From assembly GCA_029259725.1 (NCBI GenBank), contig JAJDER010000012.1, positions 21,559-85,558 on the forward strand: 64,000 bases of DNA. Reading direction: 5' to 3'. Position 1 is the first letter of the stretch. The number at the start of each line of letters is the position of its first letter. The translations under genes were made by a program, and so were the position numbers. The notes beneath the pieces are model-generated. The model was not told where the DNA came from. It was given only the letters and a program-made list of their open reading frames with translations, and made no database searches. This DNA is from Planctomycetota bacterium (lineage in GTDB: Bacteria > Planctomycetota > B15-G4). Shown piece after piece: positions 8,605-17,233 of the stretch.

Positions 8605-9891
8605 TCAGATGGAGTTGAGGTGGTCCTCATGGCGTTCGAAGGTCGGCTCCTCGACGGTCGTGCGCACGACCTCCTGACCCAGCTTGTTGAAGCCGACCAC
8701 GGTGTCGTTCCAGATCTCCTGCGTCTTGGAGGAGCCGTCCGGCATGGTCACTTCGACCTCGGCCACCTTGGGACCGCGCTCGATCTTGTAGTTGAACAGA
8801 ATCTGCTGCTGCGCACGGAAGAGTTGCATCACCGCGAGCAGGTCCCTGTCGGGGCAGACGTACTGTTCGATGGCGTGCTCCACTCCCGGGCCGAACATCT
8901 GCTTGAGGTATGACCGCGGGACCCAGCGAGGCGGAATGTAGAAGCCGTTGGGCGAGGTGCCGAACTGCGGGTAGAGGGGCAGCGCGACGCGCCGCTCGCG
9001 CACCAGGAAGTACAGCGGGTTGCCGGGGTCCGGGGCCCACTCGCCGTTGCCGTTCATGGCCACCAGACCTTGCAGGCGAATCTTGCCCACGCAGGCGGTC
9101 ATGCAGCGCGTCTCGAGAGGCGCGCCGTTCGAAGAGAGTTCGGGGTCCTATCCCTCAAGGCGCGGGTAGCAGGCGATGCACTTCTCGCTCACCCGCGTCG
9201 TGGGTCGGTACATCGACTTCTTGTACGGGCAGCCCTCGACACACTTGCGGTAGCCGCGGCAGCGCTCCTGGTCGATGAGCACGACGCCGTCCTCGGGTCG
9301 CTTGTAGATCGCCTTGCGCGGGCAGGCGCCCAGGCAGCCCGGGTACGTGCAGTGGTTGCACAGCCGCTGCAGGTAGAAGAACCACACCTTGTGCTCCGGG
9401 AGCTGCGTCGAGGCGCCGTACTCGCCGGGTACCTGCACCTCACCGGCGGCGGTTTCCTCGTGGATGTTCGGTGCACTCCACTCCCGGTCGGCGGGCAGGT
9501 ATCCCAATACGCGTTGGCTGGCGGGGCTGTCCGTGGCGCGGCCCGCCGCCTCGAAGATGGTCTTGCCCTTGAACTCGCCGTAGGGCGCCTCGGTGGGGCC
9601 GTGCGCGGGCGCCCACTTCTGACCCTTCGGGTTGGCCTTGTCGAGCATCTTGAGCAGCTTGACATCCCAGCCCTGCGGGTAGCCGCCGTAGGGCTTGGAC
9701 TCGACGTTGTTCCACCACATGTGCTCCTGCCCCTTGCTGAAGGTCCAGGTGGACTTGCAGGCCATGGTGCAGGTCTGGCACGCGATGCAGCGGTTGATGT
9801 TGAAGACGAAGGCGAACTGTCGCTCGGGATAGCTGCCCTCGTAGGGGTACTGCATGTCGCGGCCGAGCTGCCAGTTATGAACCGATGGCAT
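8605..9891 (-). CDS. Fe-S beta subunit (NarH/NxrB-like) of a type II DMSO-reductase-family enzyme, interrupted by an in-frame TAG at 9148-9150
   Basis: ATG 9891 preceded by GGGAGGAAAAG. Cys groups CIACQTCTMAC, CNHCTYPGCLGACP and CRGYRKCVEGCP. The fourth group, CIACYPRLEG-TAG-DPELSSNGAPLETRCMTAC, is followed by GKIRLQG. ORFs 9148-10155 and 8605-9102 are in the same frame, for 428 codons in total. Confidence 0.85.
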
Positions 9892-10348
9892 CTTTTCCTC
9901 CCGTGCCGGTGGCGTCGGCGCCTGTGTCGTCGTGACTTGTATGGGGTGGTGGAGCGCAGTTGAGGATGTCCGGTGGCTCCTCTTCGCACGCCACCGAGCC
10001 GGGTTTCGCGTGCTGCGTGCGGAAGCGATGCACGCCGCAGCGCGCCAGCGTCGCATCGACGCGCGTACGCACGCCGTCCTCGCCGTAGAGCTGGCGCAGG
10101 CCCCAGGTCGCCTGGAAGAAGGGTGACGCGAAGAGCTGCATGATGTGGTCCGCATCGAATCCTTGCCGCGCGAACTCCTCCACGATGCTCGTGAACATCA
10201 GCTCCGGATCGCCGTCCACGGGCTCGGCCGTGAGCAGCATGGGGTCCTCGTCCTCGATGGCGCGGTCCTTGGGGTGTTGGCCGCCGTACGGATCCGGATC
10301 GTGGGTGCTCGAGCCGTCGTGGTGCGGGGGATGGTCGTGCGGGGGCAT
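9875..10348 (-). CDS. Small His-rich protein of unknown function between the alpha and beta genes
   Basis: 157 aa. ATG 10348 lies 2 nt after the alpha stop. N-terminus MPPHDHPPHHDGSSTHDPDPYGGQHP, then a globular-looking part ELMFTSIVEEFARQGFDADHIMQLFASPFFQATWGLRQLYGEDGV. Third-codon positions are GC-rich, like the neighbouring genes. Overlaps the beta start by 17 nt. Confidence 0.5.
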   Translation of the reverse strand: MPPHDHPPHHDGSSTHDPDPYGGQHPKDRAIEDEDPMLLTAEPVDGDPELMFTSIVEEFARQGFDADHIMQLFASPFFQATWGLRQLYGEDGVRTRVDATLARCGVHRFRTQHAKPGSVACEEEPPDILNCAPPPHTSHDDTGADATGTGGKDAIGS

Positions 10349-10350
10349 CT

Positions 10351-13300
10351 CTAGGACTCCGTCAATGAGCCGGCAATGTAGGCACGCATCTCGTCGCTCT
10401 CCGCACCGGGCGAGCGGCCGGTCGTCGCGGGCTCCCAGAGGCCGACGCCGCCCAGGCCACCGGCTTCCGCCTTCACGATGCGCACCAGCGTCTCCTTGGG
10501 CACCGTGTTCACACCGTGGTTGTCCACGTCGAACCCGAATGTGAATCCGACCGAGCCGGTCTTCTTGTGGAACAGCGTGTCGGTCTGGTGCATGGGCATC
10601 AGCCAGCTGCGCGTGATGCTCTGGTGGCTGCCGTAGCGATAGCTGCTCTGGTACCCGGTCTGGGGCGACAGGGCCAGGCCGTCGGCGCGGGTGTCGTGTG
10701 CCTTGACCGTGCGTTCGGTGGCGATCCAGCCGGTGTGCTTCATGATCGTCATCGAGTAAGGCAGCGACGGGTTGAGCTTCACGCGCACCATGCAGCGGAA
10801 GGCGCGCGTGCGCGGGTCGTCGGGTCCGGCACCGACGAACGGTCTGTCGGCGGCGTTGGCATCCACGTGCACGTAGTCGCCTTCGTGCAGGTCGAGGTCC
10901 TTGGCGGCCTGAGGGTTGAGCTGGATCTGGCGATCACCGACCCCCGGGTCGCGCTTGTCGCGTCGCATGGGGTCGCCGTGGTTGGTACTCCAGATCCAGT
11001 GCCAGTCCACCGTGGACCAGGAGCTGTGGGTCGTGTGCCGGCTCTTGGGCGTGCTGCAGAAGAAGCGGTAGCCCTGCTCCCAGAGCGGGTTGATGGTCTG
11101 CTTCACCTCGCTCCAAGGCATCTTGACGTTGCGCACGGTGCGCCGATCAGGGTCGAGATCGTCGTGCGCGATGCCGTAGTCCACCGGGCGGACGTAGGGA
11201 CTGCTGCTCACGATCACGTTGGGCATATAGGGAGTGGCCTCGACGGCCTCGCGGTGCGTGATCAGGTTTTCGCCGTATTCGATGGCTTCGGGCAGGTCGC
11301 AGTAGGACGCCAACCGGCCGCAGTCGGTGTAGAACGGCATGTTGTCGTTGATCTGCTCGTAGAAGGGCACGCGCGGGTACGTGCGGAAGAGCATCAGGGC
11401 CGAGCCCGGCTCGCCGCCGTAGTCGCCCGCGAGGATCTTGTCCACCTGATAGGCACCCTGTGGTCCGCGTGTCGTGGTGCAGTTGTCGAGCACGCGCTGG
11501 ACGTAGACACGGGCCTTCTTCTCGGTGATGAACTTCCAATAGTCAGCGAAGCGTCGGTCTCCGGTGATCTTCGCGAAGGCACGGCCGACGCCGGCAAAGA
11601 TCTCGGCATCGTCGCGGCTGTCGTGCACCGGCGGGACACCATCGCCGCCCCAGACCTGGAGGAACGGGTTGCTGCACGAGCCGCCCAGCTCGATGTCCTG
11701 CATCTCGACCCAGGAGTTGGCCGGCAGCACGACGTCCGCGTATTCGGCCGAACCGGTCCACTCGATCTGCTGATCGACGATCATGTCGATCTTGGGCAGC
11801 ACGTTGACGATCAGGTTGTAGACCCACTTCGCCTGGTTGAGGAAGTTGGCGTTGCTGTACCACATGAGCTTTGTCGGCGACGGCATGTGGGTCTTGCCGG
11901 TGAAGACGCGGCGGCCCTTGTCGGTGTCGACGATGAGCGGCTTCTCACCGTGCCCCCAGTAGGCGACGTCTTCGCCCATGGTCATGTTGCGAATGTGCTT
12001 CTTGGTGATGCGTGCCGTCTCGTCGAGCACGGGGTTGAACGGATCTTCGTGCGAGTAGGTGCCTGCGCCGGGACCCGTCCAGGGGCTCCCCTGCAGCAGT
12101 GCACCCTTGTAGTTGCCGGCCCAGGTGAACACGCCCGCGCCGTGCTTGCCGATGTTGCCGGTCAGCATCATCGGCAGGTAGCAGGCGCGGTTGTGCAGCG
12201 TGGCGTGGAAGTAGTGGTTGACGCCCTCGCCGTGGTGGATGGCCACCGGGTGTCCGGCCTGGGTCGTCTCCCAGATGTCCTTTGCGAGGCGCTCGACCAA
12301 TTCGGCGTTGGCGCCGCTGATCTCCTCGACCGTCTTGGTGTCGTAGTCGACGAGGTGCCGCTTGTACATCTCGTACACCGGCATCACCTCGACGTCCTCG
12401 CCGTCGACGGTGCGCACGGTGAAGGTCCCCTTGAGCACGACGTCCGTGTTCGCGTTGCCGCCCACGTCGTCGCGAGTGAGCACGACCACTTCGCCTCGTT
12501 GCTCGTCCCATGCGCAGAAGTCGCCGATGCGCTCGCGCTGCTCGTCGGTCAGGGCCTGCTTCTTGAAGGAGGGGCCGTTGCGAATGTCCCTGGGTTTGTA
12601 GTCCTCGATCACGTCCTGCGGCCGCAGCCGGCGCAGGTCATCCGTGCGCACCAGCAGCGGGAAGTCGGTGAAGCGTTTCACGAAGTCGGCGTCGACCCAG
12701 TCGTTGTCCATCAGGATCTTGGTCAACGCGAGCACGACCGAAGTGTCGGAGAGGCCCGGACGCACGCCGATCCAGTAGTCCGCCTTGGCCGACGGCGCGC
12801 TGTAGTCGGGTGTGATGCAGGCGATCTTCCCGCCGCGCTCCATGATCTCGTTGAGCCAGTGCGAGTCCGCCATCTTGTTTTCGACGAGGTTCTTGCCGAT
12901 GTGGATGGTGAGCTTGCTGAAGCGCATGTCGTTCATGTCGCAGTCGGACGTCTGCAGCCCGTGGACGAAGGGCTGCCCCGGGGCCTGGTCGCCGCGCCAC
13001 GTGTACTCGGTCCAGTCGCGCGCACCGAGGCTCTCCTCGGGGCTCTTGCCGCGCGTGTGGTGGTCGATGAGCCCGGTCATGTTCGCGAAACGGAACAGAC
13101 CGAACTTCCCGATCAGACCGTGGATCGGCAGGTTGCTGCCGATCTTCATCGTGCGAGTGCCTGCACCGTCCCAGTGCTCGAACATCTCGTCGGGGTAGCC
13201 ATCCCGCTGCAGGCGTTTCCGGCCCGCCTCGCCGTTGTACGTGCGCGACACGGCCATCATCCCGCGCGCGACGTAATCCGAGGCCTGCTCCCAGCTCATG

Positions 13301-13881
13301 CGCACGTAGTCATCGTTGCCGCGATCGTCGAAGCGATAACGCGTACGCAGAGACGGGTCGTCCGACAGCGATGGGAAACCGGCATCGGCCCACTCCTTCC
13401 AGCCCTTGCGCAGGACCGGACCCTTGAGTCGGAACGGGCCGTACACCCGGCGCTGGAAAGTGAAGCCCTTGGGACACCCGCGGGGGTTCCATGCCACCGA
13501 GGCGTTGTTCCCATACAGGTCGCCGCAGCGGTCGTTGTCGTAGTTCTGCTCCGAACGCACCATCACGCCGTTGCGCACGAAGGCCTTCATGCGGCACATG
13601 TGTGTGTCGTTCGGCGCGCAGATCCAGGTGAACGTGCGGTCGTAGCGGTACTGGTCCCGGTAGACGGACTCCCAGCCGCGGTTCGGGTAGTGGTCCAGAG
13701 GGTTCTCGATGTCCTGAAGCGGCGCGAGCGCTCCGAGCACGTCCATCGGCCCGGCGAGGACGCACGTGCCGACGCCGATCATTTGCAGGAAGCCGCGCCG
13801 GCTCAGGCCGGCTCGATCCGACCGCGCGTCGCCGGCTGCATGGGGAGCGTCGGGCGAGTGATCAGGAACGCGGGTTGCCAT
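10351..13881 (-). CDS. Molybdopterin alpha subunit, type II DMSO-reductase family (periplasmic NxrA/NarG-like)
   Basis: About 1176 aa from ATG 13881 (GGAGGA upstream). Tat motif SRRGFLQMIG. N-terminal FS0-type motif WICAPNDTHMCRMKAFVRNG (C-x3-D-x3-C). Size and layout match NarG/NxrA-type subunits. The antisense ORF 10516-13995 is an artefact. Confidence 0.9.
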   Translation of the reverse strand: MATRVPDHSPDAPHAAGDARSDRAGLSRRGFLQMIGVGTCVLAGPMDVLGALAPLQDIENPLDHYPNRGWESVYRDQYRYDRTFTWICAPNDTHMCRMKAFVRNGVMVRSEQNYDNDRCGDLYGNNASVAWNPRGCPKGFTFQRRVYGPFRLKGPVLRKGWKEWADAGFPSLSDDPSLRTRYRFDDRGNDDYVRMSWEQASDYVARGMMAVSRTYNGEAGRKRLQRDGYPDEMFEHWDGAGTRTMKIGSNLPIHGLIGKFGLFRFANMTGLIDHHTRGKSPEESLGARDWTEYTWRGDQAPGQPFVHGLQTSDCDMNDMRFSKLTIHIGKNLVENKMADSHWLNEIMERGGKIACITPDYSAPSAKADYWIGVRPGLSDTSVVLALTKILMDNDWVDADFVKRFTDFPLLVRTDDLRRLRPQDVIEDYKPRDIRNGPSFKKQALTDEQRERIGDFCAWDEQRGEVVVLTRDDVGGNANTDVVLKGTFTVRTVDGEDVEVMPVYEMYKRHLVDYDTKTVEEISGANAELVERLAKDIWETTQAGHPVAIHHGEGVNHYFHATLHNRACYLPMMLTGNIGKHGAGVFTWAGNYKGALLQGSPWTGPGAGTYSHEDPFNPVLDETARITKKHIRNMTMGEDVAYWGHGEKPLIVDTDKGRRVFTGKTHMPSPTKLMWYSNANFLNQAKWVYNLIVNVLPKIDMIVDQQIEWTGSAEYADVVLPANSWVEMQDIELGGSCSNPFLQVWGGDGVPPVHDSRDDAEIFAGVGRAFAKITGDRRFADYWKFITEKKARVYVQRVLDNCTTTRGPQGAYQVDKILAGDYGGEPGSALMLFRTYPRVPFYEQINDNMPFYTDCGRLASYCDLPEAIEYGENLITHREAVEATPYMPNVIVSSSPYVRPVDYGIAHDDLDPDRRTVRNVKMPWSEVKQTINPLWEQGYRFFCSTPKSRHTTHSSWSTVDWHWIWSTNHGDPMRRDKRDPGVGDRQIQLNPQAAKDLDLHEGDYVHVDANAADRPFVGAGPDDPRTRAFRCMVRVKLNPSLPYSMTIMKHTGWIATERTVKAHDTRADGLALSPQTGYQSSYRYGSHQSITRSWLMPMHQTDTLFHKKTGSVGFTFGFDVDNHGVNTVPKETLVRIVKAEAGGLGGVGLWEPATTGRSPGAESDEMRAYIAGSLTES

Positions 13882-13883
13882 GG

Positions 13884-15548
13884 TCAATCCTCCAGCTGCA
13901 GCTTGTGCCAGATGGTCACGGACTTGACGCCGTTGCGGTCCCCGGCGGAGCCGTCCCAGATGGCGAAGGCGATGGACACGCCCTCACCCGGCTGAGGCAC
14001 CACGTCGCCTGCCGCTGGTTCGCGAATGGCGCGCAGGAACACCACCGACCACTCGCCGTCGAGCCAGCGACCCGCGCCCTCTGCGTTCTGCCCGAACCTC
14101 GGTTGGGTGCTTAGCGTGCCCTGACCCTGAGCGTTCAGATCTTCGACCGGGTTCCGGTGGCCCACCTGCGACACCGGGTTGCCCACGACCGTGCCGGTGG
14201 AGAACGTCGGGTCCTGGGGGGCGCCGGCCGTGGCCAGCGGCCCGCCGGGGGCGTTGCGGAAGAGTTGAGCCAGCATGGGGACACCCTCGTCCTGATCGCG
14301 CTGCCAGCTCGCGTGCCAGTGCCAGATGTTCACGGGGCTCATGGCGTCGCCCATGCCGAAGAAGGGCGGGACGGCGTCCGACGAGAGCTGCACGGCCGCG
14401 CCATCGCTGAACGCCTGCTGGTCCAGCACGAGGTCGTCGCGGGTGGCGTCGGACCACGTCAGGCGCAGTGCCAGGCGCTCGTCGTCGTGCAGGGCCTGGA
14501 CGGTGACGCCTTCGGGCCGGTCGTCACGCCACCAGAGCGGCATGAGCGCAAGCGGGGTGGGTTCGGCCTGCGACCAAACGGCAGCGTCGGGGTCCCGCGT
14601 GAGCGAAGCGTGCGTACGCCGCGCGAAGAGTGTCATCTGGCTCTGCAGCACGCGTTCCTGCGCGCCCGGTTCGATCATGCCGGCGACGTGGCCGACCAGG
14701 GACCAGAGTTCGTCCTGCTGGAGCGGAAGCGCGGGCATAGGCGTACCGGGCATGCCGAGGTAGATTCGACGGGCGATGTCCTCAGGACGGCTGCCGCCCT
14801 TGAAGATTCCGCGCGTGAAGTCGCGCGCGCCGATGGGCCAGCCCTCGCTGTCGAACTTCTCGACCACCACGTCCGCGCGGCCAGCGGTGCCATGACAGGC
14901 GGCGCACATCTGGGCGTAGAGTTCGGCGCCGTGTGCGAGATCGATGCGATCTTCTGGCGGTGGGGGCGGGATCGTCGCCAGCGGGCCCGGCATGTAGTCC
15001 TCGAGCACGTACTCGAGCGCCTCCTCACGCGTGATGTCCTCGTCGTCGGCCAGTTCCTCGGCGACGAGCCCTTCCACCAGCAGTTGGCGCACCTTGGCGA
15101 CCAATGCGTGTAGGTCGGACTCCGGCAGGTGGCTCCACGGGGGCATGGCCGAGCCGGGCATGCCCATGCGCAGGATGCCGAGGAGGTCGTCGTCGCTGGG
15201 GTTGGCGTTGTCGGTGGAGACGACGCGAAACGTGCCGCTGACGAAGTTGCGCGGTTTGGGATACAGCAGGTAGCTGGCCGCTCCGTCCCCGCGCCCGGTG
15301 GCACCATGGCACATCATGCACTGGCGTTCGTACAGCTCCGTGCCACGTTCGAGGACCGCAGGATCCGCCGGATACGTCGGGGCGCTGGGCTCATGAGCCG
15401 CGGGCTGGGGCGCGAGTTGAGCGGTGGCAGACGATGCGAGCCAGCTGGCGGCCAGTCCAGTCAGGAGCGCGGCAGTGGTCATCCCAGCGAATCGGCTGCG
15501 GCAGAGCCGTGCGATCGAAGACGGCCGCGCCGTGCGACAGACTGACAT
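13884..15548 (-). CDS. Gamma subunit: N-terminal dihaem cytochrome c fused to an EB_dh (ethylbenzene-dehydrogenase gamma-like, haem b) domain
   Basis: Signal peptide, two CxxCH motifs (CMMCHG, CAACHG). C-terminal half carries EB_dh-like features (ALHDDERLALRLTWSD...FSDGAAVQL...VNIWHWHASW...IAFAIWDGSAGDRNGVKSV). AAGGAGG upstream of ATG 15548. Confidence 0.85.
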   Translation of the reverse strand: MSVCRTARPSSIARLCRSRFAGMTTAALLTGLAASWLASSATAQLAPQPAAHEPSAPTYPADPAVLERGTELYERQCMMCHGATGRGDGAASYLLYPKPRNFVSGTFRVVSTDNANPSDDDLLGILRMGMPGSAMPPWSHLPESDLHALVAKVRQLLVEGLVAEELADDEDITREEALEYVLEDYMPGPLATIPPPPPEDRIDLAHGAELYAQMCAACHGTAGRADVVVEKFDSEGWPIGARDFTRGIFKGGSRPEDIARRIYLGMPGTPMPALPLQQDELWSLVGHVAGMIEPGAQERVLQSQMTLFARRTHASLTRDPDAAVWSQAEPTPLALMPLWWRDDRPEGVTVQALHDDERLALRLTWSDATRDDLVLDQQAFSDGAAVQLSSDAVPPFFGMGDAMSPVNIWHWHASWQRDQDEGVPMLAQLFRNAPGGPLATAGAPQDPTFSTGTVVGNPVSQVGHRNPVEDLNAQGQGTLSTQPRFGQNAEGAGRWLDGEWSVVFLRAIREPAAGDVVPQPGEGVSIAFAIWDGSAGDRNGVKSVTIWHKLQLED

Positions 15549-15667
15549 CTCGAATCCTCCTTGGAGGTCGCGGGTAGTGCCTGAGTGGGACAGGGACAGA
15601 ATATCTTACGATAAGTATATCCGTTTATTGCCAGTGTTTGTGGACCGACCGGAGGCCCTTCGCTCGC

Positions 15668-17215
15668 CTACTCCTCCATGTGGCTGATGGCGCGCTCATC
15701 GTTGAGTTGAATTCGAGCGGCCCAGCGGGATGCTCCCTTGCCCGCCACCACCGTCACCAGGCGCAGCAGACCCTTGGAGACGACCCTGCGCGTGAAGTCG
15801 ACGATGGGGATCGTCTTCCAGCCCCGTGTGTTCTGCGCGGCGTGATAGAGCGTGTTCTGCTCGGTGACGAGCCACTCGCTGTAGAGCATGTACATCCAGG
15901 TGTAGGGACGCCGCATTCGCTTCCAGCGGATGGCCCGCCGGGCCAGGGGAAGCAGGCTCGGATGACGGACGACGATTGGGAACCACTTGTGCAGGTTCTC
16001 GTAGTGATGGCGATGAGGCAGAGCGATCGACGTGGTGCGGTTGAAGAGCGTGGGATAATCGTCCCAGGTGTCGGTCGCGACGCCCATCTCCCGCGTCATG
16101 TCGTTGATGTCGGTCATCGGATAGGGCTGCAGCAGGCTTACCAGCGGGTGATCGACCTTGCACTCGATGTTCAACTCGACCGTCTCGAGGTCGTCCTCGA
16201 TGGAGGCGCCGGGGCCGCCCAGCATGTTCAGTGAGCCCAGGCGGATGCCGTGGCGGGTGATGGCCTCGGCGGCCCGCACGAGCTGCGCGCGTGTCGTGTT
16301 CTTGCGCATGACTGCATTGCGCATGTGATCGTTGGCTGCCTCGAAGGCGATTCGGGCATAGACACAACCGGCCTTACGGAGTAGCTCAATGTGTCGATCG
16401 GTGACCACGTTCGCCATGAGAATGGCGTCGAAAGGCAGCCCCACCTCTCGTGGCCAGCGCTCGGCAAACTCTTCGAGCCACGCATTCCTGATGTTGAAGA
16501 TGTCGTCCAGGAAGTGCACGAAGTTCATCGGATGGTGCTCGCGGATGAGCTGCACTTCCTCGATCACGTGGCTCACACTGCGTCGGCGCACGTACTCGTT
16601 GTTGGTCACGCCGTAGATCTTGTGCTTCCACGCGTGATGGAAGCAGAAGGAGCAATTCATCGGACAGCCGCGGTCGGTCTTGATGACCTTGCGTCCGCTG
16701 TTGCGATAGACGGGACCGGCGTCGTAGACCAGGGAACGGTCGCAGAACCCGAGGCTGTCGAGATCCTGCACGAGGGGTCGCGGCTCATTCTCGTGGATGA
16801 CTCCGTGCTCGTCCTTGAACCAGATGTTGGGAATGTTGGTGAGGTCGTCGCCCGCCGCGAGGGCATTGACGAAGTCGACGATGGCCTGCTCCCCTTCGCC
16901 CCGGCAGATCGCGTCGAATCCCGGTTCCCGGATGAACTCGGGCACCACGGTCACGTGGGCACCGCCGGCCAGCGAAACGACGTCCGGCTTCAGCTTCTTG
17001 ACGATGAGGTTGAGACCGGCCACGGCGGTGTGCACGCCGGTGGTGAACGAGTAGCAGACCACGTCGGGGTCGTAGTCCTTGAGCTTGCGAGGAAAGCTCG
17101 GGTCGGGAACGAAGATCATCTTCGTCTCGTGCCCTGCAGCGAGGAGCGCGGTCGAAAGGTGCATGACCCCGAGGGGCTCTTGCGCCAGATAGGTCGAGAG
17201 GAAGAGGACACGCAT
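15668..17215 (-). CDS. B12-binding-domain radical SAM enzyme (class B), function unknown
   Basis: 515 aa. N-terminal cobalamin-binding-like domain (MRVLFLSTY...GHETKMIF), radical-SAM cluster motif DRGCPMNCSFCFH. Confidence 0.85.
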   Translation of the reverse strand: MRVLFLSTYLAQEPLGVMHLSTALLAAGHETKMIFVPDPSFPRKLKDYDPDVVCYSFTTGVHTAVAGLNLIVKKLKPDVVSLAGGAHVTVVPEFIREPGFDAICRGEGEQAIVDFVNALAAGDDLTNIPNIWFKDEHGVIHENEPRPLVQDLDSLGFCDRSLVYDAGPVYRNSGRKVIKTDRGCPMNCSFCFHHAWKHKIYGVTNNEYVRRRSVSHVIEEVQLIREHHPMNFVHFLDDIFNIRNAWLEEFAERWPREVGLPFDAILMANVVTDRHIELLRKAGCVYARIAFEAANDHMRNAVMRKNTTRAQLVRAAEAITRHGIRLGSLNMLGGPGASIEDDLETVELNIECKVDHPLVSLLQPYPMTDINDMTREMGVATDTWDDYPTLFNRTTSIALPHRHHYENLHKWFPIVVRHPSLLPLARRAIRWKRMRRPYTWMYMLYSEWLVTEQNTLYHAAQNTRGWKTIPIVDFTRRVVSKGLLRLVTVVAGKGASRWAARIQLNDERAISHMEE

Positions 17216-17233
17216 GGGAGCAGGTACCGTCCC

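Noticed and set aside
9148-9150. TAG in the beta subunit as pyrrolysine or a genome-wide stop-codon reassignment.
   Set aside because: TAG functions as an ordinary stop for the alpha gene (10351-10353), the rSAM gene (15668-15670) and the ECF sigma gene (19894-19896). No pyl genes are in the window. I kept it only as an unexplained in-frame stop.
10516-13995. Very long ORFs antisense to or overlapping real genes. Examples: 10516-13995(+), 19198-20535(-), 25367-27517(-), 53381-55903(-), 57580-60339(+), 30930-32540(+), 34725-36308(+); the N-terminal extensions of 38147-41764(-), 41575-44598(+), 27733-29832(-) and 59239-60978(-); and many Arg/Pro/Gly-rich ORFs.
   Set aside because: Their translations are low-complexity Arg/Ala/Gly/Pro-rich with no motifs, while the opposite or alternative frame encodes clearly recognisable proteins. 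This is the usual shadow-ORF effect in GC-rich DNA.
15601-15632. AT-rich patch with the imperfect palindrome ATATCTTAcgaTAAGTATAT upstream of the gamma-subunit gene, considered as a regulator binding site.
   Set aside because: The arms are imperfect and unlike the two TTGAC-N4-GTCAA boxes. It is probably just the promoter/UP-like region of the operon. I note it under the FNR-regulon finding but do not call it a site.
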